DNA of 64,000 bases, from assembly GCA_964016885.1 (NCBI GenBank), contig OZ024758.1:19902001-19966000 (forward strand). The letters run 5' to 3'. Shown here piece after piece: positions 15,084 through 28,200 of this stretch. The notes below the pieces were generated by a model. That model was not told the origin of the DNA and made no database searches. It saw nothing but the letters and a program-made list of their open reading frames with translations. Positions within the stretch are counted from its first letter, which is position 1, and each line of letters opens with the position of its first letter. This stretch comes from Eledone cirrhosa. Taxonomy: Eukaryota. Both the position numbers and the translations under genes were made by a program.

Positions 15084-15508
15084 GTATATATATATATGTA
15101 TATATATATATATGTATATATATATATGTATATATATATATATGTATATATATATATGTATATGTATATATATATATGTATATATATATATGTATATATA
15201 TATATATTTATATATATATGTAAATATATATATGTATATGTATATATATTTACGTATATATATGTATATATATTTATGTATATATATGTATATATATCTA
15301 TGTATATATATATTTATATATATATGTGTATATATATTTATGTATATATATGTATATATATCTATGTATATATATATTTATATATATATCTATGTATATA
15401 TATATTTATATATATATGTGTATATATATTTATGTATATATATGTATATATATCTATGTATATATATGTATATATATCTATGTATATATATATTTATATA
15501 TATATATG

Positions 15509-15539
<31 letters not shown>

Positions 15540-15862
15540 GTATATATATGTATATGTATATATATGTATATATATTTATGTATATATATTTATGTATATA
15601 TATGTATATATATATTTTTTTATTCTGAGGATTGAAAGCAAAACCTTTTGTATATTTATATATATGTATATATTTATATATATGTATATATTTATATATA
15701 TGTATATATTTATATATATGTATATATATATATTTATGTATATATATATATATATTTATGTATATATATATATATTTATGTGTATATATATATATTTATG
15801 TATATATATATATTTATGTATATATATATATTTATATATATATATATTTATATATATATATT

Positions 15863-15897
<35 letters not shown>

Positions 15898-15995
15898 TTA
15901 TGTATATATATATATTTATATATATATATATGTATATATTTATATATATGTATATATTTATATATATTTATATTTATGTATATATATATATTTAT

Positions 15996-16178
15996 ATATT
16001 TATTAATATAACAGATTAAAGTTTAAGCAAAGAATCGCTGCTTTCACCCTTAACGGGATCTTCTGAAACTAACAAAGTCAATCTGTAAACGCAGAACTGG
16101 ATATTTCAAAAAACGCTGCAACCGGAGGAAGACGATTCTTTGCTTAAACTTTAATCTGTTATATATATTAATAAATAT
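15996..16178. repeat. Inverted repeat, ~42-bp arms; dispersed TA-associated family also at 16190-16265, 33190-33290, 46655-46735, 53920-54090
   Basis: TAACAGATTAAAGTTTAAGCAAAGAATCG / CGATTCTTTGCTTAAACTTTAATCTGTTA; shared CGAGCCCTCTTTGGATTTTAGTCTTC motif. Confidence 0.75.
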
Positions 16179-16576
16179 TTGCTCTTCGGTTCTTATATAT
16201 TTGATATATATTTTCCTTATCGAGCCCTCTTTGGATTTTAGTCTTCAATTTTATTATTATTACTATATATTTATATATATATATATATTTATATATATGT
16301 ATATATTTATGTAATATATATATATTTATGTAATATATATATATATATGTATATATATATATTTATGTATATATATATATTTATGTATATATATATATTT
16401 ATATATATGTATATATATATATTTATGTATATATATATATATTTATATATATATATATACTTTCTTTCCTTCTTTCTTTCTGTTTACAATTTTTTCACTG
16501 CCAATTCAACTTTTCAAATACAAGTCGATGTTGTACGGTATGTCAAATCTATTTATCTATAAAACTGTTTATATTG

Positions 16577-16642
16577 TATTTTGTCTGAGGAAGGCATAGC
16601 ATATTGTTAATATGATATCCCTGAAATATATATAATGAAATA
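16577..16642 (+). ncRNA. Type I hammerhead ribozyme (family A)
   Basis: TATTTTGT-CTGAGGA-...-GAAA-TATATA-TA-ATGAAATA; near-identical to 14670 copy. Confidence 0.77.
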
Positions 16643-16870
16643 AATATGGTTTTATAAATATAGTTTCCATTTATTTAATATCGTATTTATATATATATAT
16701 TGCTATATATATATATTTATATATATGTATATATATGTAGATAAATCTACCAAGAGTTTACGGTAGTGTCCAATCCGTATGAAGAACTCAATGTATTCCG
16801 GATATCATGGAAAGAAGAGATGTAATGAAAATCCAATTTCGGTGAAAGATAAACGGTATACAGAGTCAAG

Positions 16871-17850
16871 ATAAAATATTAAACAAATAATGAACAAACA
16901 ATTCCTTATATTAAACAAAAAAAGTTCACTATTTAACGATCGTTTCTAGGGCATATATGTGTTATAATTGGTATGCATATTTAACAGATCTATGTACAAA
17001 ATTATATAAAATTATACAAATTATCAAGATTAAATATACATACCTAACTCATATATACGCCGTCTTCAGAAATAATGAAGTATATTTATTGATAATAACA
17101 ACAATTCAAAATATCAGTTCAAAATTGACCAATGAAAACACAAAGGGTTAAAAAGCAGTTTGGTGTGTGTATATACATGTAAAACCCCACACACATTTTA
17201 CAATAATGTGTGTATAATCTGTATGTGCATACTAAAAAGATGGATGCAAATAAAAAATTTCAAGGTTAATATCACTGTAAGCTTAATGCGCTGATAAGAT
17301 ACGCAATGATACTTACGGAGTCAAGCATATAAATATATTTTTTTCATACTCACACATATCAGTATAATCACACATACATGTGCGTATATATATAAATATA
17401 CACATAACCACGAACACACAAACACACACACTCCCCCACTCACATTTATATATGTGGATATAAAATCATAAGCAAATAGAAATTAAGTCACTCACATAAA
17501 CACACTGGTACACACATTTCAAGATCAAGATACAGAAATTAGGTGGGAGGGGGGGGGGGAGGGGTCAGTATTAGACTGTCAGACCAGACAACCTTAATAT
17601 AAATGTATCTATAAATTATGAAAAGTAAAAAAATAAAAACAATAAAGTATAATACATATAATATAATGTACGTACGCATACAGATATACATACACATACA
17701 TACATGTACGCGCACATAGAAATATCTATACATACATACATACACACATACCTATACTGTCATACACACACATACATTTACACGAACATACACATACACA
17801 TATAAAAAGATATAAATACGGACACACACACGCGCAACACATACATACAT

Positions 17851-17899
<49 letters not shown>

Positions 17900-18008
17900 T
17901 ATACACACACACGTAGACTCATATATATATACATACACATACATACATTTATACACAAACATATATATCCCACACTCATACCACCATAAAAACACATACA
18001 AACATCCA

Positions 18009-18065
<57 letters not shown>

Positions 18066-18286
18066 ACATACACACACGTACATACATATGTATATATACA
18101 TACATATATACACACATACACATATATATATATCCACACACACACATAAAATACAGACATGCACACATATATATATATATATATATATATTTCATTACTC
18201 TTATATATACACATAGTATATATACATACACAACCTCACTTATACACATATACACATAAGTTATATTACAATAATAATAAAGAATA

Positions 18287-18317
<31 letters not shown>

Positions 18318-18466
18318 CATATATATACACACATATACACATATACATACACACACATACACATACATACATACATACACATACATACATACACCTAAAT
18401 ATAAACATATATAAATACACACATACGAATAAAGACATATATTCACACATAAACACCTATATACAC

Positions 18467-18498
<32 letters not shown>

Positions 18499-18528
18499 CT
18501 ATATACACACACATACACATACATACAC

Positions 18529-18566
<38 letters not shown>

Positions 18567-20891
18567 GCACACACATACAGACACACATACACACTCACAC
18601 ATATATATATATACATATATATATATGTGTATGTGAGTGTGCGCCAATACACATATATATATATACACACACACATACAAACACACACAAACTCATACAT
18701 ATGCATACGCACACACACACACACATATACCACATAGATACGAAGATAAACATATAAATAGAGAGACATACAAATATATACAGAACCCATATACACATAC
18801 ATACAAACACGCATATACATATATATACATATATACACACATATATATTCCTATATAGAAGCATACACATACACACACATATATACATATACATACACAT
18901 ATACATATCACACATTCACATACACGTACATATATAATACATATATATACATACATATACATATATATGTATGTACAATCATATATACACACTCAATCTT
19001 ACATTCATATTTACATGCTCATATATGTATTTTTATATTTAGAAATAAATATCAAAAAAAAAAAAAAAACTATATAGACACACATCTACACATATATTCA
19101 TACATATACACTTACAAAAACAGATGATAATAGTATGGGGGAAAGGGGGGGTTTGGAGAAGGGGATCAAAGTAAATATATGTTTCAAGAAACATATAATA
19201 TTTTCCATATCATAATTCAATGTATGTTCCTAACATATTTTCAGTGCTAGGAAATACGAAATCTATGCATCACAAAATAAAAAAGTATATTATTAATCAT
19301 ATGTCAACTAAACCAAAGATAGTCAACATATTGATTTCCAAGGTGTAAATTAGTTAGGTTTATAATATTTGAGGCAGAATTATGAAGTCAAACAGTAGTA
19401 GATTATTAATTACATTATAACTAAATTAAAGTTAATAACGTTATGGTATCAATATTAGGAGATGAATAGGGAAAAGAAACCCAAATAAAAATAAAAATAA
19501 AATAAAGTATTACATCGGTAGTAGCATATAAATTATATGTTAACTAAGTTAAAAATTATATATTTATTTCAATAGTATATGTTAATTAGTATATGTTAAT
19601 TAGGTATACAATACATAAAGCAGATATTGTATTTCATCAATAGCATAATATAATTATATGCAAATAAAAATCAAAACTAATACGCACACATATACATATA
19701 CATACACATATAACTACCTATACATATACATACACATATATATATATATATATACATATATATACACATACATACATATATAGTCACATAAATATACATA
19801 CAGATACACGTACAACACACACATATACATATACATATAGATATACATATCTTTTTCAAAAAATTTGCACAGAATATATTAACTAGGTATATATCCAAAA
19901 ACACCTCCCATTCTATGATTACATGACATTCTGCAATTTGTCTGTACAATGATACTAATTTTAAGCAAATTAAAGTTAAAATTAAAGTTTTAGGTTGATT
20001 AAAGCTAAAACCAAATAATAAATATATTTCCAAAATGTATATTAATTAGGTTAATAATACTAAAAATTATTTCTCCGTCATAGGATACATGATATTATTT
20101 TGTTATATTTTATCTGTAAAAGAATTATAATAAAAAAAAATTATAATAAAAGGTTAAACTAAATTAAAAAATTATAATAAAAGGTTAAAATAAGTTAAAA
20201 TTAATCTATAAATTAAATTACTGAATATATATTAGTAATATTTAAAGGTTTTTCAAAATTAATGATTACATAATATTTTCTCATCTGTAATAAAATATTA
20301 ATTAAATTAAATTTATAGGTTAACTAACATTTAAATTAAATTAAATTCTAGAATAATGTTATTAATTAGGTTTATAATATTTAAATGTTTTTTTTAGTTT
20401 ATGATTACACGATATAATTAATTCCTGTCTTTTATTTAATAAGATATCCCTAGACTTCATTATTTCAAATAGTTCTTGGGAACATAATCTACATTCCTTT
20501 CTATTATTTTGATAAGGGGTGGCTCTTTTGAGCACACTCCAGGTCAAATCATATTTTATATTTTTATTTTTATAACTATTGATTTTTTCTGCTAGAGATG
20601 TTGTATTAGCCAGTGCGGCATTTTTAAAGCTATGTTTGTGGGTATTATATCTTGTCTTAAAATTGTTAGAGGTAGCTCCTATATATGAGCAAATAGAATC
20701 TTTAGTTTTAACATTACATTTATAGACTATGTTGTTAACAAGACAATTCCCTTTTAATGGGCAGTTTGTTTTGTTTCTACAGTTACATCCTTTCGTTAAT
20801 TCTGTATTTGAGGAGATATTATTGTTAATTTGATGTACTGGTGGTATACTTATAGTTTTCTTACATTTATATGCATTATATGCACTTATAT
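16871..20891. repeat. Left arm of ~4.0-kb inverted repeat
   Basis: Reverse complement of 22538-26552; mirrored ORFs in the track (19677-20033 vs 23398-23754; 16957-17151 vs 26272-26466). Confidence 0.97.
16925..17079 (-). ncRNA. Type I hammerhead ribozyme (mirror copy in left arm)
   Basis: Reverse complement of 26344-26498. Confidence 0.8.
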
Positions 20892-22537
20892 TTTGTTTTA
20901 TGTTATTTGTTGTAGAATATGAGAATTTAACTGTAGACCTATTTAAGATTTGATGGTATTTGTGGTTGGCGGGAAGTTTTTCTCAAGGATATAAAAAAAT
21001 TTTTTAGCAATATTATCCTTAACTTGTAAATTAAAAGGAGCATTATACCAAGTAACTCGTCTATTACGGTTTCTATGTTGTTTATTATTTTTATTATTTT
21101 TATATGTTGTATCATGATTTTTACTAGGAGGAATAATGTTAATGATCTCACCACAACTATTTTTAGTTATATTTGTAGATTTAGGTGTTTTATCTTTTTT
21201 ATTAGGAGTTTTATTATTAATATTTATTATAGTCTTATGATGAGTAGTTTTTTGAGGGTTACTATACTTTATATTAAAGATTTAGTATTTTGGGGTATAC
21301 TGTGGGTGGCATTTAGGTGTGTACTTTTCATTTGGTGTTTGTTGGTAATATTATGCTGTATGCTTTCAGTATTTTTAGTAGAAGGTATATACTCTAATCT
21401 ATTTTTGTGGCCACTTCTATCTAGAGCTTCATTATAAAAGGTCGCATTTTTATCAAATACATCTTGGTTAGAAGAAAGGTTAGAAATTCTAAGTGATATA
21501 TTATATGCAAGGTTTTTAAGGATAGATTTAGGGTGATTAGATTGTGAGTGTATGTAATGTAAGTTTTGGTTAGGTTTATGGTAAGGTTGGTATATACCCG
21601 TAGCTAAATCTAAAGTTATATCTAGGAAATTTACTACTTTACTTGTTTTTTCAAAAGTAATATTAAGATTATAATAGTCTTTAAGGAAAGTTCTAATATG
21701 CTTTTTGTTTTTTCGATTTCTGAAAGGCTAAGGTTGTTAGAAAGAAGAAGACAGTCATCACGATATAAACCACCTTTGAGGTGGGGAAAAGAGGCATTTA
21801 TGTTGAAAAGGAGAAAGAGGCCCACAAGATCAGTAATTTGGGCAGAATCGCTTGAACCCATAGTAATATCAAAAAGATTACTATAAGTGTTTCTGGTCCA
21901 GTATTCATTCTGAAATCAATAAGTGTTTGTCTAGCATGTGTAATAATGTTAATGTCATCCGAAGTTAAACTAGATCTATTTTTAGCAAATATTAATGCTT
22001 TGTTCAGGAGTATGGGTGATATAGAAGAATAATAATTATCTATATCAAACTGTAGGAAAGAAGCAGAAGATTTACACCTAATATTTTAAACCAATTAATT
22101 ACCTGGGAGGTGTTTTCCCAGAGTGGTAAAATAACGTATTTTCTTATTTGTGGGATGACTCTATCTAAAATAAAATTTTTTTGCTAATTATTCCAATATC
22201 TGATTTGGAGGGACATATAAGTCTAATAGAAGGATTAGAGTTAAAGTTAGATTTGTGATCTTTCAGGTTGAAGTGTGGACCTCTCAATGCCAAAGGTTCA
22301 GTTCTATCTTCAATATTTAGTTTTTTTACTATGTTGTGTGTTTTGTTGTTGATGTTGGTGAGTGACGCATTATTAGATTTTTTATAATTTTTTCTGAGTT
22401 CTTTATATATGAACTCATTATAATGTTCAACATCCATATGATACAAGTTACCAGTTTTGTCCGAGTGGACATGGATTTTTTTAGACTTTTTTAGGTCCAA
22501 TAGGGTAGAATCAAGGTCCTTTTGAAAGACGGATTTT
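20362..22537 (-). pseudogene. PLE reverse transcriptase + GIY-YIG endonuclease ORF, 5'-truncated and frameshifted
   Basis: Manual translation across frames: HSDKTGNLY, LKDHKSNFNSNPSIRLICPSKSDIGIISKKIL, WENTSQVINWF, FLQFDIDNYYSSI, MGSSDSAQITDLVG, GLYRDD, VNFLDITLDL, SNHP, WYNAPF, then CNC-x5-CPLKGNC, IVYKC...YIG. Frameshifts near 22170 (5-bp TTTTA duplication), ~22086, ~21915, ~21695. Confidence 0.92.
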
Positions 22538-23067
22538 ATATAAGTGCATATAATGCATATAAATGTAAGAAAACTATAAGTATACCACCAGTACATCAAA
22601 TTAACAATAATATCTCCTCAAATACAGAATTAACGAAAGGATGTAACTGTAGAAACAAAACAAACTGCCCATTAAAAGGGAATTGTCTTGTTAACAACAT
22701 AGTCTATAAATGTAATGTTAAAACTAAAGATTCTATTTGCTCATATATAGGAGCTACCTCTAACAATTTTAAGACAAGATATAATACCCACAAACATAGC
22801 TTTAAAAATGCCGCACTGGCTAATACAACATCTCTAGCAGAAAAAATCAATAGTTATAAAAATAAAAATATAAAATATGATTTGACCTGGAGTGTGCTCA
22901 AAAGAGCCACCCCTTATCAAAATAATAGAAAGGAATGTAGATTATGTTCCCAAGAACTATTTGAAATAATGAAGTCTAGGGATATCTTATTAAATAAAAG
23001 ACAGGAATTAATTATATCGTGTAATCATAAACTAAAAAAAACATTTAAATATTATAAACCTAATTAA
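22538..23067 (+). CDS. Inverted duplicate of the PLE GIY-YIG endonuclease domain (open frame, no native start codon)
   Basis: ORF 22522-23067: CNCRNKTNCPLKGNCLVNNIVYKC...SYIGATSNNFKTRYNTHKHSF...CRLCSQE...LLNKRQEL...CNH; mirror of 20362-20891; the TTG start lies outside the arm, across the inversion junction. Confidence 0.75.
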
Positions 23068-24862
23068 TAACATTATTCTAGAATTTAATTTAATTTAAAT
23101 GTTAGTTAACCTATAAATTTAATTTAATTAATATTTTATTACAGATGAGAAAATATTATGTAATCATTAATTTTGAAAAACCTTTAAATATTACTAATAT
23201 ATATTCAGTAATTTAATTTATAGATTAATTTTAACTTATTTTAACCTTTTATTATAATTTTTTAATTTAGTTTAACCTTTTATTATAATTTTTTTTTTTA
23301 TTATAATTCTTTTACAGATAAAATATAACAAAATAATATCATGTATCCTATGACGGAGAAATAATTTTTAGTATTATTAACCTAATTAATATACATTTTG
23401 GAAATATATTTATTATTTGGTTTTAGCTTTAATCAACCTAAAACTTTAATTTTAACTTTAATTTGCTTAAAATTAGTATCATTGTACAGACAAATTGCAG
23501 AATGTCATGTAATCATAGAATGGGAGGTGTTTTTGGATATATACCTAGTTAATATATTCTGTGCAAATTTTTTGAAAAAGATATGTATATCTATATGTAT
23601 ATGTATATGTGTGTGTTGTACGTGTATCTGTATGTATATTTATGTGACTATATATGTATGTATGTGTATATATATGTATATATATATATATATATGTGTA
23701 TGTATATGTATAGGTAGTTATATGTGTATGTATATGTATATGTGTGCGTATTAGTTTTGATTTTTATTTGCATATAATTATATTATGCTATTGATGAAAT
23801 ACAATATCTGCTTTATGTATTGTATACCTAATTAACATATACTAATTAACATATACTATTGAAATAAATATATAATTTTTAACTTAGTTAACATATAATT
23901 TATATGCTACTACCGATGTAATACTTTATTTTATTTTTATTTTTATTTGGGTTTCTTTTCCCTATTCATCTCCTAATATTGATACCATAACGTTATTAAC
24001 TTTAATTTAGTTATAATGTAATTAATAATCTACTACTGTTTGACTTCATAATTCTGCCTCAAATATTATAAACCTAACTAATTTACACCTTGGAAATCAA
24101 TATGTTGACTATCTTTGGTTTAGTTGACATATGATTAATAATATACTTTTTTATTTTGTGATGCATAGATTTCGTATTTCCTAGCACTGAAAATATGTTA
24201 GGAACATACATTGAATTATGATATGGAAAATATTATATGTTTCTTGAAACATATATTTACTTTGATCCCCTTCTCCAAACCCCCCCTTTCCCCCATACTA
24301 TTATCATCTGTTTTTGTAAGTGTATATGTATGAATATATGTGTAGATGGGTGTCTATATAGTTTTTTTTTTTTTTTTGATATTTATTTCTAAATATAAAA
24401 ATACATATATGAGCATGTAAATATGAATGTAAGATTGAGTGTGTATATATGATTGTACATACATATATATGTATATGTATGTATATATATGTATTATATA
24501 TGTACGTGTATGTGAATGTGTGATATGTATATGTGTATGTATATGTATATATGTGTGTGTATGTGTATGCTTCTATATAGGAATATATATGTGTGTATAT
24601 ATGTATATATATGTATATGCGTGTTTGTATGTATGTGTATATGGGTTCTGTATATATTTGTATGTCTCTCTATTTATATGTTTATCTTCGTATCTATGTG
24701 GTATATGTGTGTGTGTGTGTGCGTATGCATATGTATGAGTTTGTGTGTGTTTGTATGTGTGTGTGTATATATATATGTGTATTGGCGCACACTCACATAC
24801 ACATATATATATATGTATATATATATATGTGTGAGTGTGTATGTGTGTCTGTATGTGTGTGC

Positions 24863-24900
<38 letters not shown>

Positions 24901-24930
24901 GTGTATGTATGTGTATGTGTGTGTATATAG

Positions 24931-24962
<32 letters not shown>

Positions 24963-25111
24963 GTGTATATAGGTGTTTATGTGTGAATATATGTCTTTAT
25001 TCGTATGTGTGTATTTATATATGTTTATATTTAGGTGTATGTATGTATGTGTATGTATGTATGTATGTGTATGTGTGTGTATGTATATGTGTATATGTGT
25101 GTATATATATG

Positions 25112-25142
<31 letters not shown>

Positions 25143-25363
25143 TATTCTTTATTATTATTGTAATATAACTTATGTGTATATGTGTATAAGTGAGGTTGTG
25201 TATGTATATATACTATGTGTATATATAAGAGTAATGAAATATATATATATATATATATATATGTGTGCATGTCTGTATTTTATGTGTGTGTGTGGATATA
25301 TATATATGTGTATGTGTGTATATATGTATGTATATATACATATGTATGTACGTGTGTGTATGT

Positions 25364-25418
<55 letters not shown>

Positions 25419-25527
25419 TGGATGTTTGTATGTGTTTTTATGGTGGTATGAGTGTGGGATATATATGTTTGTGTATAAATGTATGTATGTGTATGTATAT
25501 ATATATGAGTCTACGTGTGTGTGTATA

Positions 25528-25574
<47 letters not shown>

Positions 25575-26343
25575 ATGTATGTATGTGTTGCGCGTGTGTG
25601 TGTCCGTATTTATATCTTTTTATATGTGTATGTGTATGTTCGTGTAAATGTATGTGTGTGTATGACAGTATAGGTATGTGTGTATGTATGTATGTATAGA
25701 TATTTCTATGTGCGCGTACATGTATGTATGTGTATGTATATCTGTATGCGTACGTACATTATATTATATGTATTATACTTTATTGTTTTTATTTTTTTAC
25801 TTTTCATAATTTATAGATACATTTATATTAAGGTTGTCTGGTCTGACAGTCTAATACTGACCCCTCCCCCCCCCTCCCACCTAATTTCTGTATCTTGATC
25901 TTGAAATGTGTGTACCAGTGTGTTTATGTGAGTGACTTAATTTCTATTTGCTTATGATTTTATATCCACATATATAAATGTGAGTGGGGGAGTGTGTGTG
26001 TTTGTGTGTTCGTGGTTATGTGTATATTTATATATATACGCACATGTATGTGTGATTATACTGATATGTGTGAGTATGAAAAAAATATATTTATATGCTT
26101 GACTCCGTAAGTATCATTGCGTATCTTATCAGCGCATTAAGCTTACAGTGATATTAACCTTGAAATTTTTTATTTGCATCCATCTTTTTAGTATGCACAT
26201 ACAGATTATACACACATTATTGTAAAATGTGTGTGGGGTTTTACATGTATATACACACACCAAACTGCTTTTTAACCCTTTGTGTTTTCATTGGTCAATT
26301 TTGAACTGATATTTTGAATTGTTGTTATTATCAATAAATATAC

Positions 26344-26498
26344 TTCATTATTTCTGAAGACGGCGTATATATGAGTTAGGTATGTATATTTAATCTTGAT
26401 AATTTGTATAATTTTATATAATTTTGTACATAGATCTGTTAAATATGCATACCAATTATAACACATATATGCCCTAGAAACGATCGTTAAATAGTGAA
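26344..26498 (+). ncRNA. Type I hammerhead ribozyme of the PLE pseudo-LTR, with ~115-nt stem II
   Basis: Stem I TTCATTATTT/AAATAGTGAA; core CTGAAGA (26354) and GAAA (26477); palindromic stem III ACGATCGT; GUU triplet. Confidence 0.8.
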
Positions 26499-26552
26499 CT
26501 TTTTTTGTTTAATATAAGGAATTGTTTGTTCATTATTTGTTTAATATTTTAT

Positions 26553-26671
26553 GTATATATATATATTTATGTATATATATTTATGTATATATATATATTT
26601 ATGTATATATATTTATGTATATATATATATTTATATATATATATATATATATTTATGTATATATATATATT

Positions 26672-26719
<48 letters not shown>

Positions 26720-26726
26720 AATTTAT

Positions 26727-26764
<38 letters not shown>

Positions 26765-26977
26765 GTATATATATATGTATATATATATGTATATATATAT
26801 GTATATATATATATGTATATATATATGTATATATATATGTATATATATATGTATATATATATATGTATATATATATGTATATATATATATGTATATATAT
26901 ATATGTATATATATATATGTATATATATATATGTATATATATATATGTATATATATATATGTATATATATATATATG

Positions 26978-27016
<39 letters not shown>

Positions 27017-27155
27017 ATATGTATACATATATATATTTATATATATGTATATATATATATATATATATGTATACATATATATATTTATATATATGTATAT
27101 ATATATATATATATATGTATATATTTATATATTTATATATTTATATATATATATC
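26553..27155. repeat. Interrupted (TA)n array abutting the PLE end
   Basis: Direct inspection. Confidence 0.95.
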
Positions 27156-27849
27156 TATTAAGACAGATGAGAAAAAAATGAATTATCTCTAGAACATACA
27201 TTAGCTTTTTTTCGGAACACTGTATAAGCAGACTTTTAAATTCTTCGGTCATTCACTATCTGAGGATAATGTTGTAGGGTTATTATTCCATATCGCAGTG
27301 GGGTGTAAATCGCAACACATTGAATATCTATATGAACATTCCTTTGAACCAATAAGCTGTATATAATAATATTAATAGTAATAATAATAATAATAATATC
27401 AACGAAACCAACAATAAGACAGCTACAGTAATAATGTAATAATGTAATTTTATATAATATATGATAGCGTGTTTTATAATACACAATTCAAAGGTCTCAT
27501 AAGCATAAGTTTACATACAGTTCAGTTGGGCTCGACAAGCGAAGTTATATAAATGTCAGCGTAAGGGCAAGTGTGTTATACAATAGATGCACAAAATATG
27601 ATAAAGCATGATAAAATCACTTCTAAATGAACTATCAGGGCATAGTCCATGTTAACATCATATTAATAACGGATGTATTATTATTTTAAATCTAAGACAT
27701 GAAATGTAGGAATAATCTAGCATGAAGACCTCTTCAAGCATAGAAACATTTAAAAGAAAACGATGACACTTTAACCAAAGTGCAATTCTTAACTTGATTT
27801 TCGGAAAGAAAATGTACAGATAGAGACTAACACGCAAATTCAACTATAT

Positions 27850-28200
27850 ATATAAAGACTGCATATTAAGGTAACAACGTCAGCCTTGGTACCTTAAGAC
27901 GGTACAATAATAAACTAACTATAGTATAGACTAAAACAGTATATTTAGAAGAAGTAATACATTACACAAAACAATACTAATGAACAGACTCGACGTACAC
28001 ATATAAAATCATTTAATATGTAACTCACGTAGATAAAGTTTAAAACGTATGTATTAAATAACAAAGCAAGATACATCCACATATTTGACCATACTAAACC
28101 CCAAAACCGAAGCTATTTTTAAAACAAATATAAAAATTATAAAAAAAAATGATATGGACATAAGAGAAGTTATTGTATTACATTTGACGTATATAAAATA
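27850..28200 (+). pseudogene. Possible ancient non-LTR (Tx1/L1-like) ORF1 remnant with zinc knuckle
   Basis: A-rich degraded coding-like DNA; TAT GGA CAT AAG AGA AGT TAT TGT = YGHKRSYC (H-x4-C half knuckle) at ~28153; heavily interrupted. Confidence 0.25.

Larger units (their letters stand above)
16871..26552 (-). mobile_element. Penelope-like retroelement (Naiad-type), 5'-truncated, with ~4-kb inverted pseudo-LTR arms
   Basis: RT+GIY-YIG remnant on minus strand (22537->20362); 16871-20891 is the reverse complement of 22538-26552; a hammerhead lies near each outer end; right end runs directly into (TA)n. Confidence 0.9.
22538..26552. repeat. Right arm of ~4.0-kb inverted repeat
   Basis: Reverse complement of 16871-20891; junctions read by eye (ATATAAGTGCA at 22538; ...AATATTTTAT at 26552). 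Confidence 0.97.

Noticed and set aside
16040-16070. HHR-like CAGAAGA-tCCC-gttaa-GGGt-GAAA on minus strand (also ~54055-54087)
   Set aside because: Core is CAGA, not CUGA, in both copies, and no stem III/NUH or stem I can be formed
22522-23067. Stand-alone or domesticated GIY-YIG gene; possible selenoprotein as in some Naiads
   Set aside because: It is the inverted arm of the PLE with a fortuitous TTG start across the junction; the cysteine motif has no in-frame TGA
16871-26552. Polinton/Maverick or Foldback DNA transposon with long TIRs
   Set aside because: Interior encodes RT continuous with the left-arm endonuclease; no integrase, polB or transposase; no clear TSD
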